Assembly (NCBI GenBank): GCA_013265495.1
Contig: PNXW01001427.1
Span: 1 to 63,762 of the forward strand
Reading direction: 5' to 3'
Length of the DNA: 63,762 nt
Origin: Vicugna vicugna
Taxonomy: Eukaryota
The translations under genes and the position numbers were made by a program. The notes below the pieces were generated by a model. That model saw only the letters and a program-made list of their open reading frames with translations. It was not told the DNA's origin and did no database searches. This document shows positions 35,386 through 49,177 of this stretch, one piece after another. Position 1 is the stretch's first letter, and each line of letters starts with the position of its first letter.

Positions 35386-35687
35386 GCAGCAACATGGATG
35401 CTCCTAGAGAATGTCATTCTAAGTGAAGTAAGCCAGAAAGAGAAAGAAAAATACCATATGAGATCTCTTATATGTGGAATCTAAAGACTCATGGACAGAG
35501 AATACAGACTTGTGGTTACCAGGGGGGTAGAGGGTGGGAAGGGATAGAAATATTATGACACAGAGAAAAAAAGGTGACAATGAGTGTGTATATGTCCATG
35601 AATGACTGAAAAATTGTGCTGAACACTGGAATTTGACACAACATTGTAAAATGATTATAAATCAATAAAAAATGTTTAAAAAAAAAA
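35386..35687 (+). mobile_element. Young L1 3' end with poly(A) and TSD
   Basis: TSD gaaataga/ctaaacatt at 35370-35385 and 35688-35703. Ends ...aatcaataaaaaatgttt(A)n. Confidence 0.8.
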
Positions 35688-35729
35688 GAAATAGCTAAAC
35701 ATTCTCAAGCCCTTCAACCTTAGAAAGCC

Positions 35730-36380
35730 AGCACAGGCTTCCCAGAGGAGGCAATGTTTACACTGAGATCAAAAAGACTTCCCCAGATTTGAGTTCCTTA
35801 TAGCTTGAGCATAAGGAGATTAGTGTAGCAAGATGAAACTGAAAAAGAGTAAGTGGGTCTTTGTACCACAATGCCTTGCAGACCACCTTAAGGAGTTTGG
35901 ACTTTATCCTGAAGGCATGGGCATCCATCGAATTATTTTAAGTAGGAAAGATTATTTTAATCCAATTTGTACTTCAAGAAGATTACTCTGGTTGTAGCTT
36001 ATAAGCAGCTTGGAGGGAGTAAGACTGGGAGCAGAAAGATGAGTTAGGCTCTTGCAAAAGTCCTGGTGGCAGATGAAGATGGCTTGGGACTAAGGTAATG
36101 GTGGTGGAGTTTGGGTGTTTAGCAAGGAGAACTGGCAAAATTAGTTGTGGATTATGAAAGAGAGTAAGGAAACCACAAAGAGATCTAGATTTCTGGCTTA
36201 TGTGGTGCCATTCCCTGAAATATTATGGGAAGAAGTTTAGCTGGGATGGAGCGAGGAGTTGTGATCAACTCAGGTGTGGATATTTTCTGAGTTTGACGTG
36301 CCTATAGGACATACCAGTGGAGTGGTCAGGATCAGTTGGCTGTCTGGAAGGAGAGGTATAGGCTAGAACTTGAGACATGG
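35730..36380 (-). mobile_element. LINE-2 fragment
   Basis: aaggagtttggactttatcctgaaggcatggg ... ctgagtttgacgtgcctataggacat. Confidence 0.6.
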
Positions 36381-37059
36381 ACTCAAGTCCAAGCTGAATT
36401 GTGCTTTAGGGAATTAACTGGAAGACATAGAATTGATTCCTTTATTTGTTGAGGCCTTGAGGGTAGGTCTATTTCCAGTGACAAGAGGATAATTTTTAAT
36501 CACTTAGAACCTCATTTATAGTTCTTCAAATGTTCTTATTGAATATTTACTTGCTATTGAGTAGGGCAGCTTCAGTCTTCTTCAGAAACAGTTTCCATCA
36601 ACTCTCAGCAACTTTGGCTTAAGACAGTGTTCCTACTCTTCTGAATCTTTACCCTTGCTGGAGACCATGCACTTGATACAGTTCAAGGACAAAGCAAGCT
36701 GGAGGGGGAGGCTCTAAGCCATTTGAGTTGCAGATCTTAGACGTTGGGATCTAATTCCACTTCAAATTGTGCCTTAACATTAAGGGCCTAAAGCCAGAGT
36801 GCAAATTAATGAAAACAAGACTGATGCTACTGTCTGAGTCAAGAGTCACTCAAGCAGAAGAGCAGAGCAAGGGGTTTAAAAAAGAGCATCCTTGCTCCCA
36901 TTTGCTGGGTGTTTCTTATGTTAAACCACTCAGATCTTAAGTTTTCTTGAAAACTGGTTATCTGTGTCCTGCAGCTGAGAATTGCCTTGCCTTGCCCACT
37001 TTGTTTCAACAGAGGGCAGTAGAGAGCAGCAAACAGCCTGCTTTTCTAAGCCCAGGGGG

Positions 37060-37551
37060 AAAAAAAAATTAGAAAGTCATTCTACAACATTATTCCAATG
37101 TCAAGTTACCCAAAATACAGCACATCATGCTTCACGTGTTTATAATGGAAGAGATCTTTGTGGAGGCAGGGCAGCCCCTGGAGAGCCAGCAACAGTTGAT
37201 TGACTCCCCTTGCAAACAAGAGTTCAGCTGTGTACAACTTATGGGAGGCTTTATGGAGGAGTTTGGTCTTGAGAAACGAGTATGAGTTGGCAAAATAGCT
37301 TTGTTCACAGAAAACAGCATGGAAGAAATATGGCAACACATTAAATTTGGGGAACAGCAAGAAACTTGATATTGATGGAGTATAGGGTTGGAGTGGGGGC
37401 AGCAGTGATACATACACTCCAGAGGTGGGGAAGGACAGAGTGACCTTCCTGCTTCTGCCATTAAAAAAAAAACAAACCAAACTCGTTCAGCATAAAAGAC
37501 TCAATATGTCAAGCTACCACATTTTGGGACAGTGTATCATGACCTCCATCA
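37060..37551 (-). mobile_element. ERV1 solo LTR (MER34-like); left boundary uncertain
   Basis: Reverse complement begins tgatggaggtcatgatacactgtcccaaaatgtggtagcttgacatattgag, resembling MER34/MER39-type LTR starts. Confidence 0.45.
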
Positions 37552-38429
37552 GTGTATAGTGGTATCTCATTGTGTTTTTAATTTGTATTTCCCTGATAAG
37601 TAATGATGTTGAGTATCTTTCCAGGTGCTCATTTGGCCATTTAGATATCCTTTTTTGTGAAGTGCCTGTTTAAATCTTTTGCTCACATTTTAACTGGGTA
37701 GTCTGTCTTCTTATTGATATACAGTTCTTTATGTATTCTTGATATGAATCCTTTGTCAGATATATCTAAGAAATATATTCTCCTAGCCTGTGGTCACTCA
37801 CTTCTTAAAAGATGTCTTTTGATGAAGAATCGCTTGATAAGTCTTTTTGAAAACAGTTATAGAAGACAGATTGGAATGAAGCAAGATAAGAAGGAAGACT
37901 AGTTACAATTCTGTTTCAATATTTTAGAGAAGGAATCATTAAAACATGAAATAAATAATAATAATAGTAGCAGTAAACACTTATGTAGCCCTTGCTACGT
38001 GCAGGCATCATCCTAAGCAGTAAATAATTAACTTCTTTAATCCTCATATCACCTCTGTGAGGTAGGTGGACTATTACTGTCCCTATTTTAAGGATCAGAA
38101 AACCAAGGCAAGAAGAGTTTAAGTGACTTGCTCAAAGTTTTATACAGCTAATGAATGGTGGGAAGCAAAGGAATTTGAGAAAATTGGTTGGATAGGAATG
38201 ATGAAGGAGAGTAAGGAACCTCAGATAACTTGAGGGATTCTGACTTAAGTAACAGAGTAGATCGTAGAGAAAGAAGTGCAAGTTTAGGAAGAATAAGTAA
38301 ATTTCATTTTGGAAAAAAAATTGAAGTAGAAATACCTAATGAATAGCTAATTATACTGTTCTAGAATTCAGGAGACAAGTGCTGGCTGGAAATAAAGATT
38401 TGGGAGTAATTAGCATATTTGGGACAGAG

Positions 38430-38645
38430 CAGGGTTTTTAAACCAATTTGTTGACATTGGGGGCCAGATAATTTGTTGTGGGAGGCTGTTTTGTCATTGG
38501 AGGATATTTAGCAGCATTCTTGGCTTCTACCCTGCAGATGCCAGGAGGAACCTCAGTTTCCTTTGTGCTTGTGACAACAAAAAAATGTCTCCAGATATTG
38601 GCAAATATCCCCGGTAGGGGAAAATCACCTTGGTGAGAACTACTA
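38430..38645. mobile_element. MER20 DNA transposon
   Basis: cagggttttta ... gacattgggggccagataatttgttgtggg ... aaatgtctccagatattggcaaat ... gagaactact. Confidence 0.75.
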
Positions 38646-39679
38646 GTCTAGTCGGGGCTATGGGCGTGGATAAAATCATTTAGAAGTGAGACATGTACAA
38701 TTGTTGAAAGTCTGTTCTCAACCCTTTTAAACATAAACATAAAATTTTTTCATCTTCCTTTAATTTTATCTTAATTTTCAAAATTACTTTGTCAAATTTA
38801 TAAGTATAAAGTTGTATTACAAAGCTGAATAATCTTTTCAAACTGCATCTCTACCTCTCTCTTGCTTTTCTAGTCTGATACACCCCCTGGGGGAGTCTCT
38901 CCCTATTTAGAAAATCATTGGAAGGGACAGAAGTACCCTGAGGATAGAGAGCTGAACAAACACCAATATTTAATGGATGGGTGAGGCTAGAGGAGCATTC
39001 AGAGGGAGAACAAGAGTCATCAGAGGGGCAGCAGGAGAATCCTAAGTCTTGATGAAAAAGACACTAAACAACTTCAAATTATTTTGGCCCTGCAAACTGC
39101 AGTGATACACCACAAAAGGCTACATTCTGCCCCTGGGGTTCACAAGTTATTTCTTAGAGAAGAGGATTTTGAGTACTCCCTAGGCTTGGAGTGAAGGAAG
39201 GCTTCCATGTGGCAGGACCCAAGGCAACATCTAGGGTAACTCAGGGGAGGAAACCTTGAGATTCAGAAAGAAAAGTGATTTCCTCTTCAAGGCAAGAGAT
39301 AAGATTGCAGAGCAAGCACCTGGAGCCTGAGGAGATGATCTAAAATTTTCGTCTTGAAGGGAAGACTAGAAAACAAGGTCTAGATAGTAGTAAGGTTCCC
39401 ATCTTTTGTGGAAAGGTGTTATTGTTGTGTGGCATGTTTTAGAAACTGGGTTCTGACGTTCTTCTTTTCTCATTTCTGTTTCTTAAAAAAATTTTTTTTT
39501 CACTTTAAACCTTCTAGACGATTGTGAGTTAGCCAAGAGAAAGATTTAGATGTTTTCACTCTTTCTGCTAATACAGCCTCTCGATCAGCTACATCTTTGG
39601 TGGCTGGCTAGGGTGGTGGCACTGATATCCTAGCTGTATAAGACTTTTAAAATAAAAATCTATTGGAATTTTAGTGATT

Positions 39680-41310
39680 TTTCTCTTTATCATTGGTTTT
39701 CAGGACTTTGAGTATGATGGGTTTAGGTGGTATGTGTGTGTATGTGTGTGTATCTGGTTTGCTTTTGTTCTCTCAGCTTCTTCGATCTGTGGTTTGATAA
39801 CTTTTACTATTATTTTTGAAAGATTCTTGGTCATTATCTCTTCGACTGTTTTTTCTGCTCCATTCTTTCTCTCTTCTTGGGATTTCTATTACACATACAT
39901 CAGACCAATTTATATTATTTTACTCTTCTTAAATATTCTCTTCTATTTTCTTTCTTTTTTTCCCCTTTGAATTTCATTTTGGGTAATTTCTGTGAATCCT
40001 TCTACAAGGCACTGATTCTCAGCTGTAGCAGGAGTCTGCTAATGAGCCTGTTGAACATATACTTCTTCCTCTTATCATATCTAAATTTTTTTTAACATTT
40101 CATGTAACTCTTCTTATAGTTTCTGTCTCTCTGCTGAAATTCCTCATCTGCTCATGTATGTCATCCATGTTTTCTACCAGAGCCTTTAACATATTACTTA
40201 CAGTTATTTAAAATTTTTTGATTATCTTTGATGAAGTTTCCCTTGCTTGGATTTTCTTTTGACAGGTTTTTTAAAATCTTGGTTTTTTGTATAGTTTCAT
40301 AACTTTTAATTGAATTCTAAACATCATATGTAGGACAGTAGAGACTTGGGTTATTTGTATTTATGCTTGGAATGGGTACTCCCTTCTTCTGTTAAGCTAT
40401 TAATGTGGAGGTTGGGACAATTCAGTCAGGAGTTGAGCAGGACTTAGATTTTCTTGTTGCCATAGTTACCTTCAGTTCTTCTAGTGTCATATTGTGCTTG
40501 GGGTCAGGGCCAGTTTTCCTGGAGGGCTTTTCTCAATGTTTCTGCTCTACCCTAAACTTTAGGCCTTCCCTATGTGCCTGTACCTCAGATGGTCTCTCCC
40601 CAGCAGTCCAGTGCTACTGCTTCTTATTCAGGACTTGCTAGCCTTGGAGGTGGGATAGAGATTTCTCTGTTGTCCTGAACTCACGTCAGTCTTAGGCAGG
40701 CGTTGTATCCCTGGATCTTGAGGATGGGGCTTTTCCCAGTGATTCGGCACCTCTCCCAATAGCAGCAGCATTCCAGGCCCTCCCCCAAACATAGAGTTTT
40801 TTTTCTGTTTTCTTTCTCCAGGTGTAATGATCTTTCTGTGCCTTGCACCCTTATCCTAATGATTTAAGGTGTTTGTTCCTTAGGGAAAAGGGTTTAGGTG
40901 GGCTTCATGCCCTTCCCACAGTGGCAGCCATTCCCATTCTCTGGGCATGTGCTACCAGGGAAGCTTTCTCTGGTCTCTCTCCCTGCCCCCAGTTTTTTCA
41001 TGAGCACCCAGTGGTAATCCACAGAGAAGACTCTTTAAGTGGGTATGAACTCCCTTGAATCAGTGGCTCCCAGTTTTTGGCCACACCTGGCTTTTAGCAA
41101 TTTGTTTAAAATGTTAGCTGAATTCTAACTTACGTGTACAATAGGCCCATCTTCCTCCTGTGCTCTGTTACAGGTAAGCCAGTGCTCGTGTCCTAGCTCT
41201 CCTTGGAAGCACTTGTCTTTCCTTAGATTTCAGGTACTTGGTTGCCCTATTACCTCAGGACTCTGCTGGGATCAAGAAAGATTGGGGTAATATTATTATC
41301 TGGCTCTTTT
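39680..41310 (-). mobile_element. Old L1 5' region (ORF1/5' UTR) fragment
   Basis: ttttgaaagattcttggtcattatctcttc ... tctctctgctgaaattcctcatctg, the T-rich antisense L1 ORF1 pattern. Confidence 0.5.
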
Positions 41311-41359
41311 TGTGGTTCTAATTAAGATATTTTAATGTGCCTGATTTTTACAGCTCTTT

Positions 41360-41985
41360 TCATACCACTAAATCAAAATGGCCAAGTCCAAAATAAAAAT
41401 GAAAGAAAAATAATAATATTGCCATGCTTAGGGTAAGCAGTTCTTGGTCTTATACTTATTGTTTGCTTTTAGAGTGATCAGCAAATCTGACTGACCAGAC
41501 ATGGCTCCCAGCCCCAGGCCCATTGTTAGCATTAGAGCTATTGACTTCCCTATTTGTTTTACCTTAATCTAGTAATTGAAATTTACACTCATGTTTGGAT
41601 TTTGAGTTGTTCCCCCAGGAAGGGAGTCATGGGACGATAATCTCAGGAGAATGACCAGACCCTCTGACGTTCCTCCTGGCGCCCAATGAGTCTGATAAGA
41701 TAGGCCACCGGACAGCCCCATGACACCGGATGCACACACCAAGATTTCGGAGGAAGATTTACCAAAGACTTTTGTCAATTAATATTCCCTTTTATGCCAC
41801 AATTTGTTCACTATATAATCACTAAGCCCCAATCCTAAGACGGGTTCACAGTTTGAAGGCACTAGCCTGCTGTGAGTCCCCTTTGCCCGGCAAAGCAATA
41901 AAACTGCCTCATTTTTTCTAAGCTCCAAGATCTTGTCTCTGAGTTATTTGCTTTGTCAGGGACTGGGGCTGATCTTTCGGCAACA
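41360..41985 (+). mobile_element. ERV1-class solo LTR
   Basis: TATA-like ctatataa at about 41811, gcaaagcaataaaact poly(A) signal at about 41897, ends ...tttcggcaaca. Start is approximate. Confidence 0.65.
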
Positions 41986-43065
41986 AAAAGTCACCAGGAA
42001 GCCAGGGCATGATAAGTTTAGGCACAGAAATTTCTCACATGACTTGATCTGAAAAGCTGAAAGCCAAAATGGTATTTTTTAAATTAAAATATATTTGACA
42101 TATGACATTATGTAAATTTAAAGCGTACACCATATTAATCTGATATATTTATATATTATAATATGATTACCATTGTAGTGATAATTAGCCCTTCTATCAT
42201 TTTACATAATTATTCTTTGTTTTTAGTAGTTGGAATAATTAAGTTCTAGTCTCTTAGCAAGTTTGATGATTATAATATCATTGTCTATATTCACTGTACT
42301 GTACATTAGACCTCTAGGGCTTATTTACTACTCAAAACAAGTTTGTACCCTCAAACACATCTGTCCTGTACTCCCACCTCCACACCTCCTACCCATGATA
42401 ACCACCATTTTACTCTCCTTTTTCACAAGTTTGGCTTTTAAAAATTTCACATATAAGTGGTATTATACACTTATACTTGTCTTTCTCTGTCTGACTGATC
42501 TCACTTAGCATAATGTGCTCAAGATTCATCCATGTTGTCACAAATGGCAGGACGTCCTCCTTTCTCAGGGCTGAATAATATTTTATATACATATATATGT
42601 ATATATATCATACCTTCTTTATCTATTTATCTATTGATAGGTAATTGGGCTATTTCTGTGTCTTGGCTATTGTGAATAATGCTGCAATGGACATGGGAGT
42701 GCTTTTATCTCTTCAAAATCCTATTTTCATTTCTTTTGGTTATATACTCAGAAGTGGGATTCCTGTTCATAAGGTAGTTCTATTTTTAATTTATTGAGGA
42801 AACTCCATGCTGCTTTCCATAGTGGTTGAACCAATGTACATTCCCACCAACAGTATAGGAGAGTTCCCTTTTCTCCACATCCTTGACAGCACTGATATCT
42901 TGTCTTCTTGATGACAGCTATTCTAACAGGTGTGAGGTGATATCTCATTGTGGTTTTGGTTTGCATTTCCCTGATAGTTACTAACGTTGAGCATCTTCTC
43001 ATTTACCTGTTGGCCATTTGGGTGTCTTCTTTGGAAAAATATCTATTTTAGTTGTTCTATCCAGT

Positions 43066-43195
43066 TTTTTTTATTTTTTTGAGGGGGGATACTTAGGTTA
43101 TTTCTTTCTTTCTTTTTTAATGGAAGTACTGGGGATTGAACCCAGGACTTCACGCATGCTAAGCACACATTCTACCACTGAGCTATACCCTCCCC
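43066..43195 (-). mobile_element. tRNA-derived SINE (Vic-1-like) nested in L1
   Basis: Reverse complement GGGGAGGGTATAGCTCAGTGGTAGAATGTGTGCTTAGCATGCGTGAAGTCCTGGGTTCAATCCCCAGTACTTCC plus tail. Confidence 0.85.
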
Positions 43196-44792
43196 TCTTG
43201 TTTGGCCCAATTTTTTTTTTTCTGTCTAATTTTTAATCAGGTTGTTTTTTTTTTTTTGCTATCGAGTTCTGTGAGTTCTTTATATTTTGTACATTAATCC
43301 CTTACAGATACATGGTTTGCAAAAATTTTCTCCCATTCTGTAGGTTGCCTTTTCATTGTGTTCATCATTTCTTTTGCTGTGCAAAAATTTTTATACTTGA
43401 AGAGTCCTTTTGTCAATATTTGCTTTTGTTGTTTATGCTTTTGGTGTCACATCCCAAAAAAATCACTACCAAGACCAATGTCACTGAGCTTCTTCCCGAG
43501 GTTTTCTTCTAGGAGTTTTATAGTATCAGGTCCTGAGTTTAAATCTTTGATCTGTTTTGAGTGAATTTTTGTGAGTTTTGTAAGATAAGGATCCAGTTTC
43601 ATGTATCTACATGTGTTTATCCAGTTTTCCCAACACTATTTGTTGAAGAGACTATCCTTTCCCCACTGGGTGTTCTTTGTTCCCTTGTCAAATATTAGTT
43701 GACTGTACAACCATAGGTTTAATTCTGGGCTCTCTATTCTATTCCATTGGTCTATGTGTCTGTTTTTGTGACAGTGCCATACTCTTTTTATTACTCTAGA
43801 TTTGTAGAGTAGTTTGAAATCAGGAAGTGTGATACCTCCACCTTTGTTCTTTCTCTTCAGAATTGTTTTAGCTTTGGGGGATCTTTTGCGGTCCCATACA
43901 AATTTTAGGATTATTTTTTTCTATTTCTGTGAAGAATGCCATTGTTATTTTGATGGGGATTGCATTGAATCTATAGATGACTTGGGGTATGTGAACATTC
44001 TAACAATATTAATTGTTCCAATCCATGAACACGGGATGTTGTTCCATTTGTTTGTCTTCTTTTGTTTCTTTCAGCAAAGTCTTGTAGTTTTAGTTGTACA
44101 AATCTTTCACTTCCTTGGTTACATTTATACCTAAGTATTTTATTATTTTTGATGCTATCGTGAATGGGATAGATTTCTTTGTTTCATCATCAGCATATGG
44201 AAATGCAACTGGTTTCTTTATGTTGATTTTGTATCCTACAACTTTACTGAAATCATTGATTAGTTCCAAAAGTTTTTTGATTGAATCTCTGGGATTTTCT
44301 ACATACAAAATCATATCATCTGCAAAAAGTGACAGTTTTACGTGTACCTTCCAGATTTGGATGCCTTCTATTTCTTTGTCTTGACTAATTGTTCTAGATA
44401 GGACTTCCAGCACTATACTGAATAAGAGTGGTGGGAGTGGGCATGATTGTCTTATTCCTGATCTTAGAGGAAAGCTTTCAACTTTTCTCCATTGAGCATA
44501 ATGTTAGCTTTAGGTTTACTGTAAATGACCCTTATTATGTTGAGGTGGCCTTTATTATGTTGAGGTATGTTCCTTCTATACACAATCTGCTGAGGGTTTA
44601 TGTCATGAAAGAATGTTGCAATTTATCAGATACTTTTTCTGCCTCTATTGAGACAATTATGTGACTTTTTTATCTTTCATTTTATTAATTTGATGTATTT
44701 ATTGATTTACATATGTTGAACTATCTTTGCATCCCAGGGATAAATCCCACTTAGTTACGGTGTGTAAGGTAATCTTGGCCTTATAGATTGAG

Positions 44793-45366
44793 TTTGGACA
44801 TATTCCTTCCTCTTTAATTTTTTGGAAGAGTCTGAGAAGGATTTGTGTTAATTTTTCTTTGAATGTTTGGTTCAATTCTCCAGTGAGGCCATCTGTTCCT
44901 GGGGTTTTCTATGTGGGGATTTTTGATTACTGATTAAATCTCTTTACTTGTCATTGGTTTGTTCAGATTTTCTCTTTCTTTATGATTCAATCTTGGTAGG
45001 TTGTGTATTTCTAGAAATTTATACATTTCTTCTAGGTAACCTATTTTTTTTTTCAAATAACTGTTCATAATAGTCTCTATTTGGACATATTCCTTCCTCT
45101 TTAATTTTTTGGAAGAGTCTGAGAAGGATTTGTGTTAATTTTTCTTTGAATGTTTGGTTCAATTCTCCAGTGAGGCCATCTGTTCCTGGGGTTTTCTATG
45201 TGGGGATTTTTGATTACTGATTAAATCTCTTTACTTGTCATTGGTTTGTTCAGATTTTCTCTTTCTTTATGATTCAATCTTGGTAGGTTGTGTATTTCTA
45301 GAAATTTATACATTTCTTCTAGGTAACCTATTTTTTTTTTGCATATAACTGTTCATAATAGTCTCT
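44793..45366. repeat. Near-perfect 286/287-bp tandem duplication
   Basis: 44793-45078 and 45080-45366 are identical except just after a T10 run (caaataa vs gcatataa). Confidence 0.92.
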
Positions 45367-47917
45367 TATGATCCTACATATTTTTGTAGTCGTTTGTAAC
45401 ATCTCCTTTTCTTTTCTAATTTTATTTATTTGTGCATTCTTTATTTTTTTCTTAGTCTAGCTAAAGGATTGGTCATTTTATTTAACTTTTGAAGAAACAG
45501 CTTTCAGTTTTGTCAATCTTTTCTGTTTTTCTGGTCTCTATTTTATTTGTTTGCACTCTGATCTTTATTATTTCCTTCTTTCTGCTAACTTTGGGTTTAA
45601 TTTGTTCTTCTTTTTCTAGTTCCCTGAGGTGTAAAGTTAGGTTGTTTATTTTAGATATTTCTAATTTCTTAATATATGAATTTATTATTATAAACTTTCC
45701 TCTCAGAACTGCTTTTGCTGCATCCCATTAGTTTTGATATGGTGTATTTCCATTTTTATTTGTTTAGAGATAAATTTTAATGTCCCTTTTGATTTCTTCC
45801 TTGACTCATTGGTTGCTTAGAAATGTGTTGTTTAATTTCCACAAATTTGTAGAATTTCTAGCTTTCCTCAGTTATTGATTTCTAGTTTTATACCATTGTG
45901 GTCAGAAAAGATAGTTGGTATGAGTTAAAACTTCTTAAATTTACTAAGATTTCTTTTGTGTCCTATCATATGATCTATCCTGGAGACTCTTTCATGTGCA
46001 CAGGAGAAGAATGTGTATTCTGGTACTGTTGGATGGAGCATTCTATATATGTCTGTTATGTCAATTTGTTCTAGACCATTGTTGACTTTCTGTCTGGATG
46101 AGTTACCTATTGCTGAAAGTGGTGTATTGAAGGCTCCTGCTGTTATTATATTGTCTGTTTCTCCCTTTATATCTGTTTGTATTTGCTAAATATAGTTTGG
46201 TGCTCTGATATTGAGTGAGTATATATTTACAATTGTTGTATCTCCTTGATGTATTGACCCTTTCACAACTATAAAATGATTTTCTTTATACAAGTAAGCT
46301 TCTTGTTACTGTTTTTGACTTGAAGTTTTGTTTGAGTTAAGTATGGCTATGCCCACTTTCTTTTGGTTTCCGCTTGCATGGAATATCCTTTTCCATCCCT
46401 TCACTTTGAGCCAATGTGTGTTTTTAGAGCTGAAATGAATCTTCTGTAGGCAGTATATAGTTGGATCTTGTTCTCTCTCTCTCTCTCTCTCTCTTTTTGA
46501 ATCCATCCAGCTACTCTGTTTTTTGATTGGTAATTTCAATCTATTTATCTTTAGAGTGATTATTGATATGTAAGGACTTACTACTGCCATCTTATCATTT
46601 GCTTTCTGGTTGTTTTGTATTCTCCATGGTTTCTTTTTCCTTCTGTTTCTGCCTATAAATGGTGTATTTTAAAACTCCCCATCAAAAGTGACTAAGAGTT
46701 AGGCCCTAACTGTTATTACAGAGTTATATACTTTTCCTCAATTTTTAATTCCAGTCAGAAACTCAGAACTTCTACTATGCTAATACAGGTGAAAGATAAG
46801 ATGTGTTTATGTTGTTTTTATAACTTTCTCCTGCATGCATCCTGTCTTCCCCATTATAATGAGAATCCCTCAGGGCAGAGTATCTTGCCTCTACTTATTT
46901 CTTCATTTTCTCCTACCATCACCCCATCTCTTTTATCAGCATAGAGTAAACATAGGGCCAAAGCACTGGGTCTTGACTGAGTCACTCAGTATCTATTTAA
47001 TCACTTCCCTTTGGGCAAGTTCTCCCTTGTTCAGCATTTGGTGCTATTGCCAGCCTCAGTATCGTTGCCTTCCAGTTGTTCCAGAAGACCTAGCTTCATT
47101 TCTGCAGTTCTGCCAGGGCCCAAGTTTACTCTACTCTGCTCACCTGCTCTGCACCTTTGCCAGAGAAAACTCGTCTTCTGGGGGCCTCTGTTGAGACTAG
47201 GGACCACAGTAAAGAACAGATGCTGAGCTGGGAACTTCCACTGTTTTCTTGTACAAAATAACTTTTTTCCAGTTTCTCGATTGATAAACTGACCCCCACA
47301 GAGGAACTTTTCCACAAGACTCCTCAACTAGCAACAACACTAGTTTTTTATTTGTGACTTTAGTCAAAGGTCAGAGGAAATCTCCTTTATTTACATTCTT
47401 GTCCTTTTAGGATCTGTCCTTTCCTAAAAATATGCCAACTAGTGCCCTAGAGGAATGCATGATAGGAACTTGGTGTTAACAAGATTTGTTCCTAATTGAG
47501 TCTGGACCCATCACACTTCCATCTGTCTCTGACTTCTCATCCTCCAGAGACCTGATTAATGGGACCTTCTGGCTTCTGCTTTCTTTCCTGGTGATGGCTT
47601 AACTCTTCCCTCCAAGCACAGCTTCTGCTATCTTAAGCAGTCATAGTAAGCTATCCCTTTGTCCCCACCCTTCTGTGTGTTGCTCCAGAGAGCAGCCTGC
47701 TTGGATGTGACCTAGGATCCCAACACTCTCTTGTCCTTGACAGGTTGTAGAAGGCTGGTCACTCTCAGCCTGAGAATCACTATTGAAGAGAAACTAGAGT
47801 CTGGATCCTGAATTCGGTAAAACTGGAAATGCATCAATCTTTACCTTCAACAATGTATAAGTTAAGGACCCAGAAGAACTGGTTAGAACAGAAAGAGCTC
47901 TCAAAGAACATCCTGTT

Positions 47918-48083
47918 ATTGGCAAAGAATATGCAAATAAATCACTGAAACAGAATAGAGAGCCCAGAAATAGACCTATACAAATATAGTCAACTGCTCT
48001 TCAGCAAAGAAGCAAAGAAAATACAACAGAGAAAAGATAATCTTTTCAACAAATGGTACTGGAACAACTGGATATACACAAGC

Positions 48084-48123
<40 letters not shown>

Positions 48124-48420
48124 AGAAGAATATAAACACTGACCTTACAGACTTCACAAAAATTAACTCAAAGTGGATCAGAAACATAAATGTAAAATGT
48201 AAAACTCCTAAAAGATAACAAAGGAAAAAATCTCGATAACCTTGGGTATGACAGTGACTTTTTAGATACCACATCAAAAGTATGATGCATGAAAGAAATA
48301 CTTGATACTTGACTTTATTAAAATTTAAAACTTCTGCTCTGCAAAGGCACTGTCAAGAGAAAGAGAAGATAAGCCACATACTGGGAGAAAATATTTGCAA
48401 AAGTCTTACCTGATAGAGAG
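47918..48420 (+). mobile_element. L1 ORF2 fragment with an internal poly(A) run, inserted into a MIR
   Basis: aacagaatagagagcccagaaatagacc ... aaaacttctgctctgcaaag; A-run at about 48085-48122. Confidence 0.75.
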
Positions 48421-49177
48421 CATCTTGTCCATCCCTTTCACTTTACTGAGGTCCAGAGAAGCAAAGTGCCTTGCCCAAGACCACAAAGTGGCAAAGCTGG
48501 GTCTAAAATCAGGTCTCATCTCTCTCTTAACTAACTTAGGTCCTTAGACATAAATAGCCCCCTCTTGTCTAAGCTTTGTTCTGGGTTGTTGCTTCCTGAG
48601 AAATAGCCCTTTCTTCCCTCCTATTATTTCTCCCTTCTTTTATCAAAATTCTTCAGCACTCTGCTGTTCTACAGCACTCTGCTGTTCTAAAAAAGAGTGA
48701 TGGAGAACATATTCATATTCTGAAGTTAATGATCCATATCATTTAGGGTATTTGCATTTCTAAAAGGTTGTTAAAGGTGACAATGGTTTAACACAAAGAC
48801 ATGAATTCCCAAAGGAGGTTTTCAGGCTAGTTTGGTGATGCTGGTGTGTGGACTGGCTGAGACCCCTTAAACCGGAGCTTCCCTGACTCCATCACTCTTT
48901 CTCCCTTCTTCCCCTTCTATGTGGAAAGGACTCATAAAGCAATTATGGGGCTCCACTGAAGTGGTGATCAGAGTATTAAGAAGAAGAGAAACAAAACCCA
49001 ACCAGGCAGAGAAAAGAAAAAAGAGCACCTTCTGAATTAAGTGGCTAGAATCAGTGTCTAGAGTTGGAGTCATTTGAGTTCATAAATAGCATTTATCTGT
49101 CCTTCCCAAAGTGGGCCCATAAATATCGTTCCCCATTGTCTAGTCCATAGAAGCAGTGGACTAGACTTTCCTAGCCT

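Larger units (their letters stand above)
42075..46655 (-). mobile_element. Degenerate L1, about 4.6 kb (ORF2 to 3' UTR), with deletions, a nested SINE and an internal tandem duplication
   Basis: Minus-strand ORF fragments match L1 ORF2: [15 protein letters not shown] (RT, 44090-44413), QDPTIYCLQ..HWLKVKGWKRIFHA (EN, 46306-46590), MRYHLTPVR..CWWEC (C-terminus, 42748-43002). Confidence 0.92.

Noticed and set aside
48654..48688. Small local duplications (cagcactctgctgttcta x2; also about 13830-13876, 44532-44566 and 56440-56490)
   Set aside because: Ordinary slippage products, mostly inside repeats, with no further structure.
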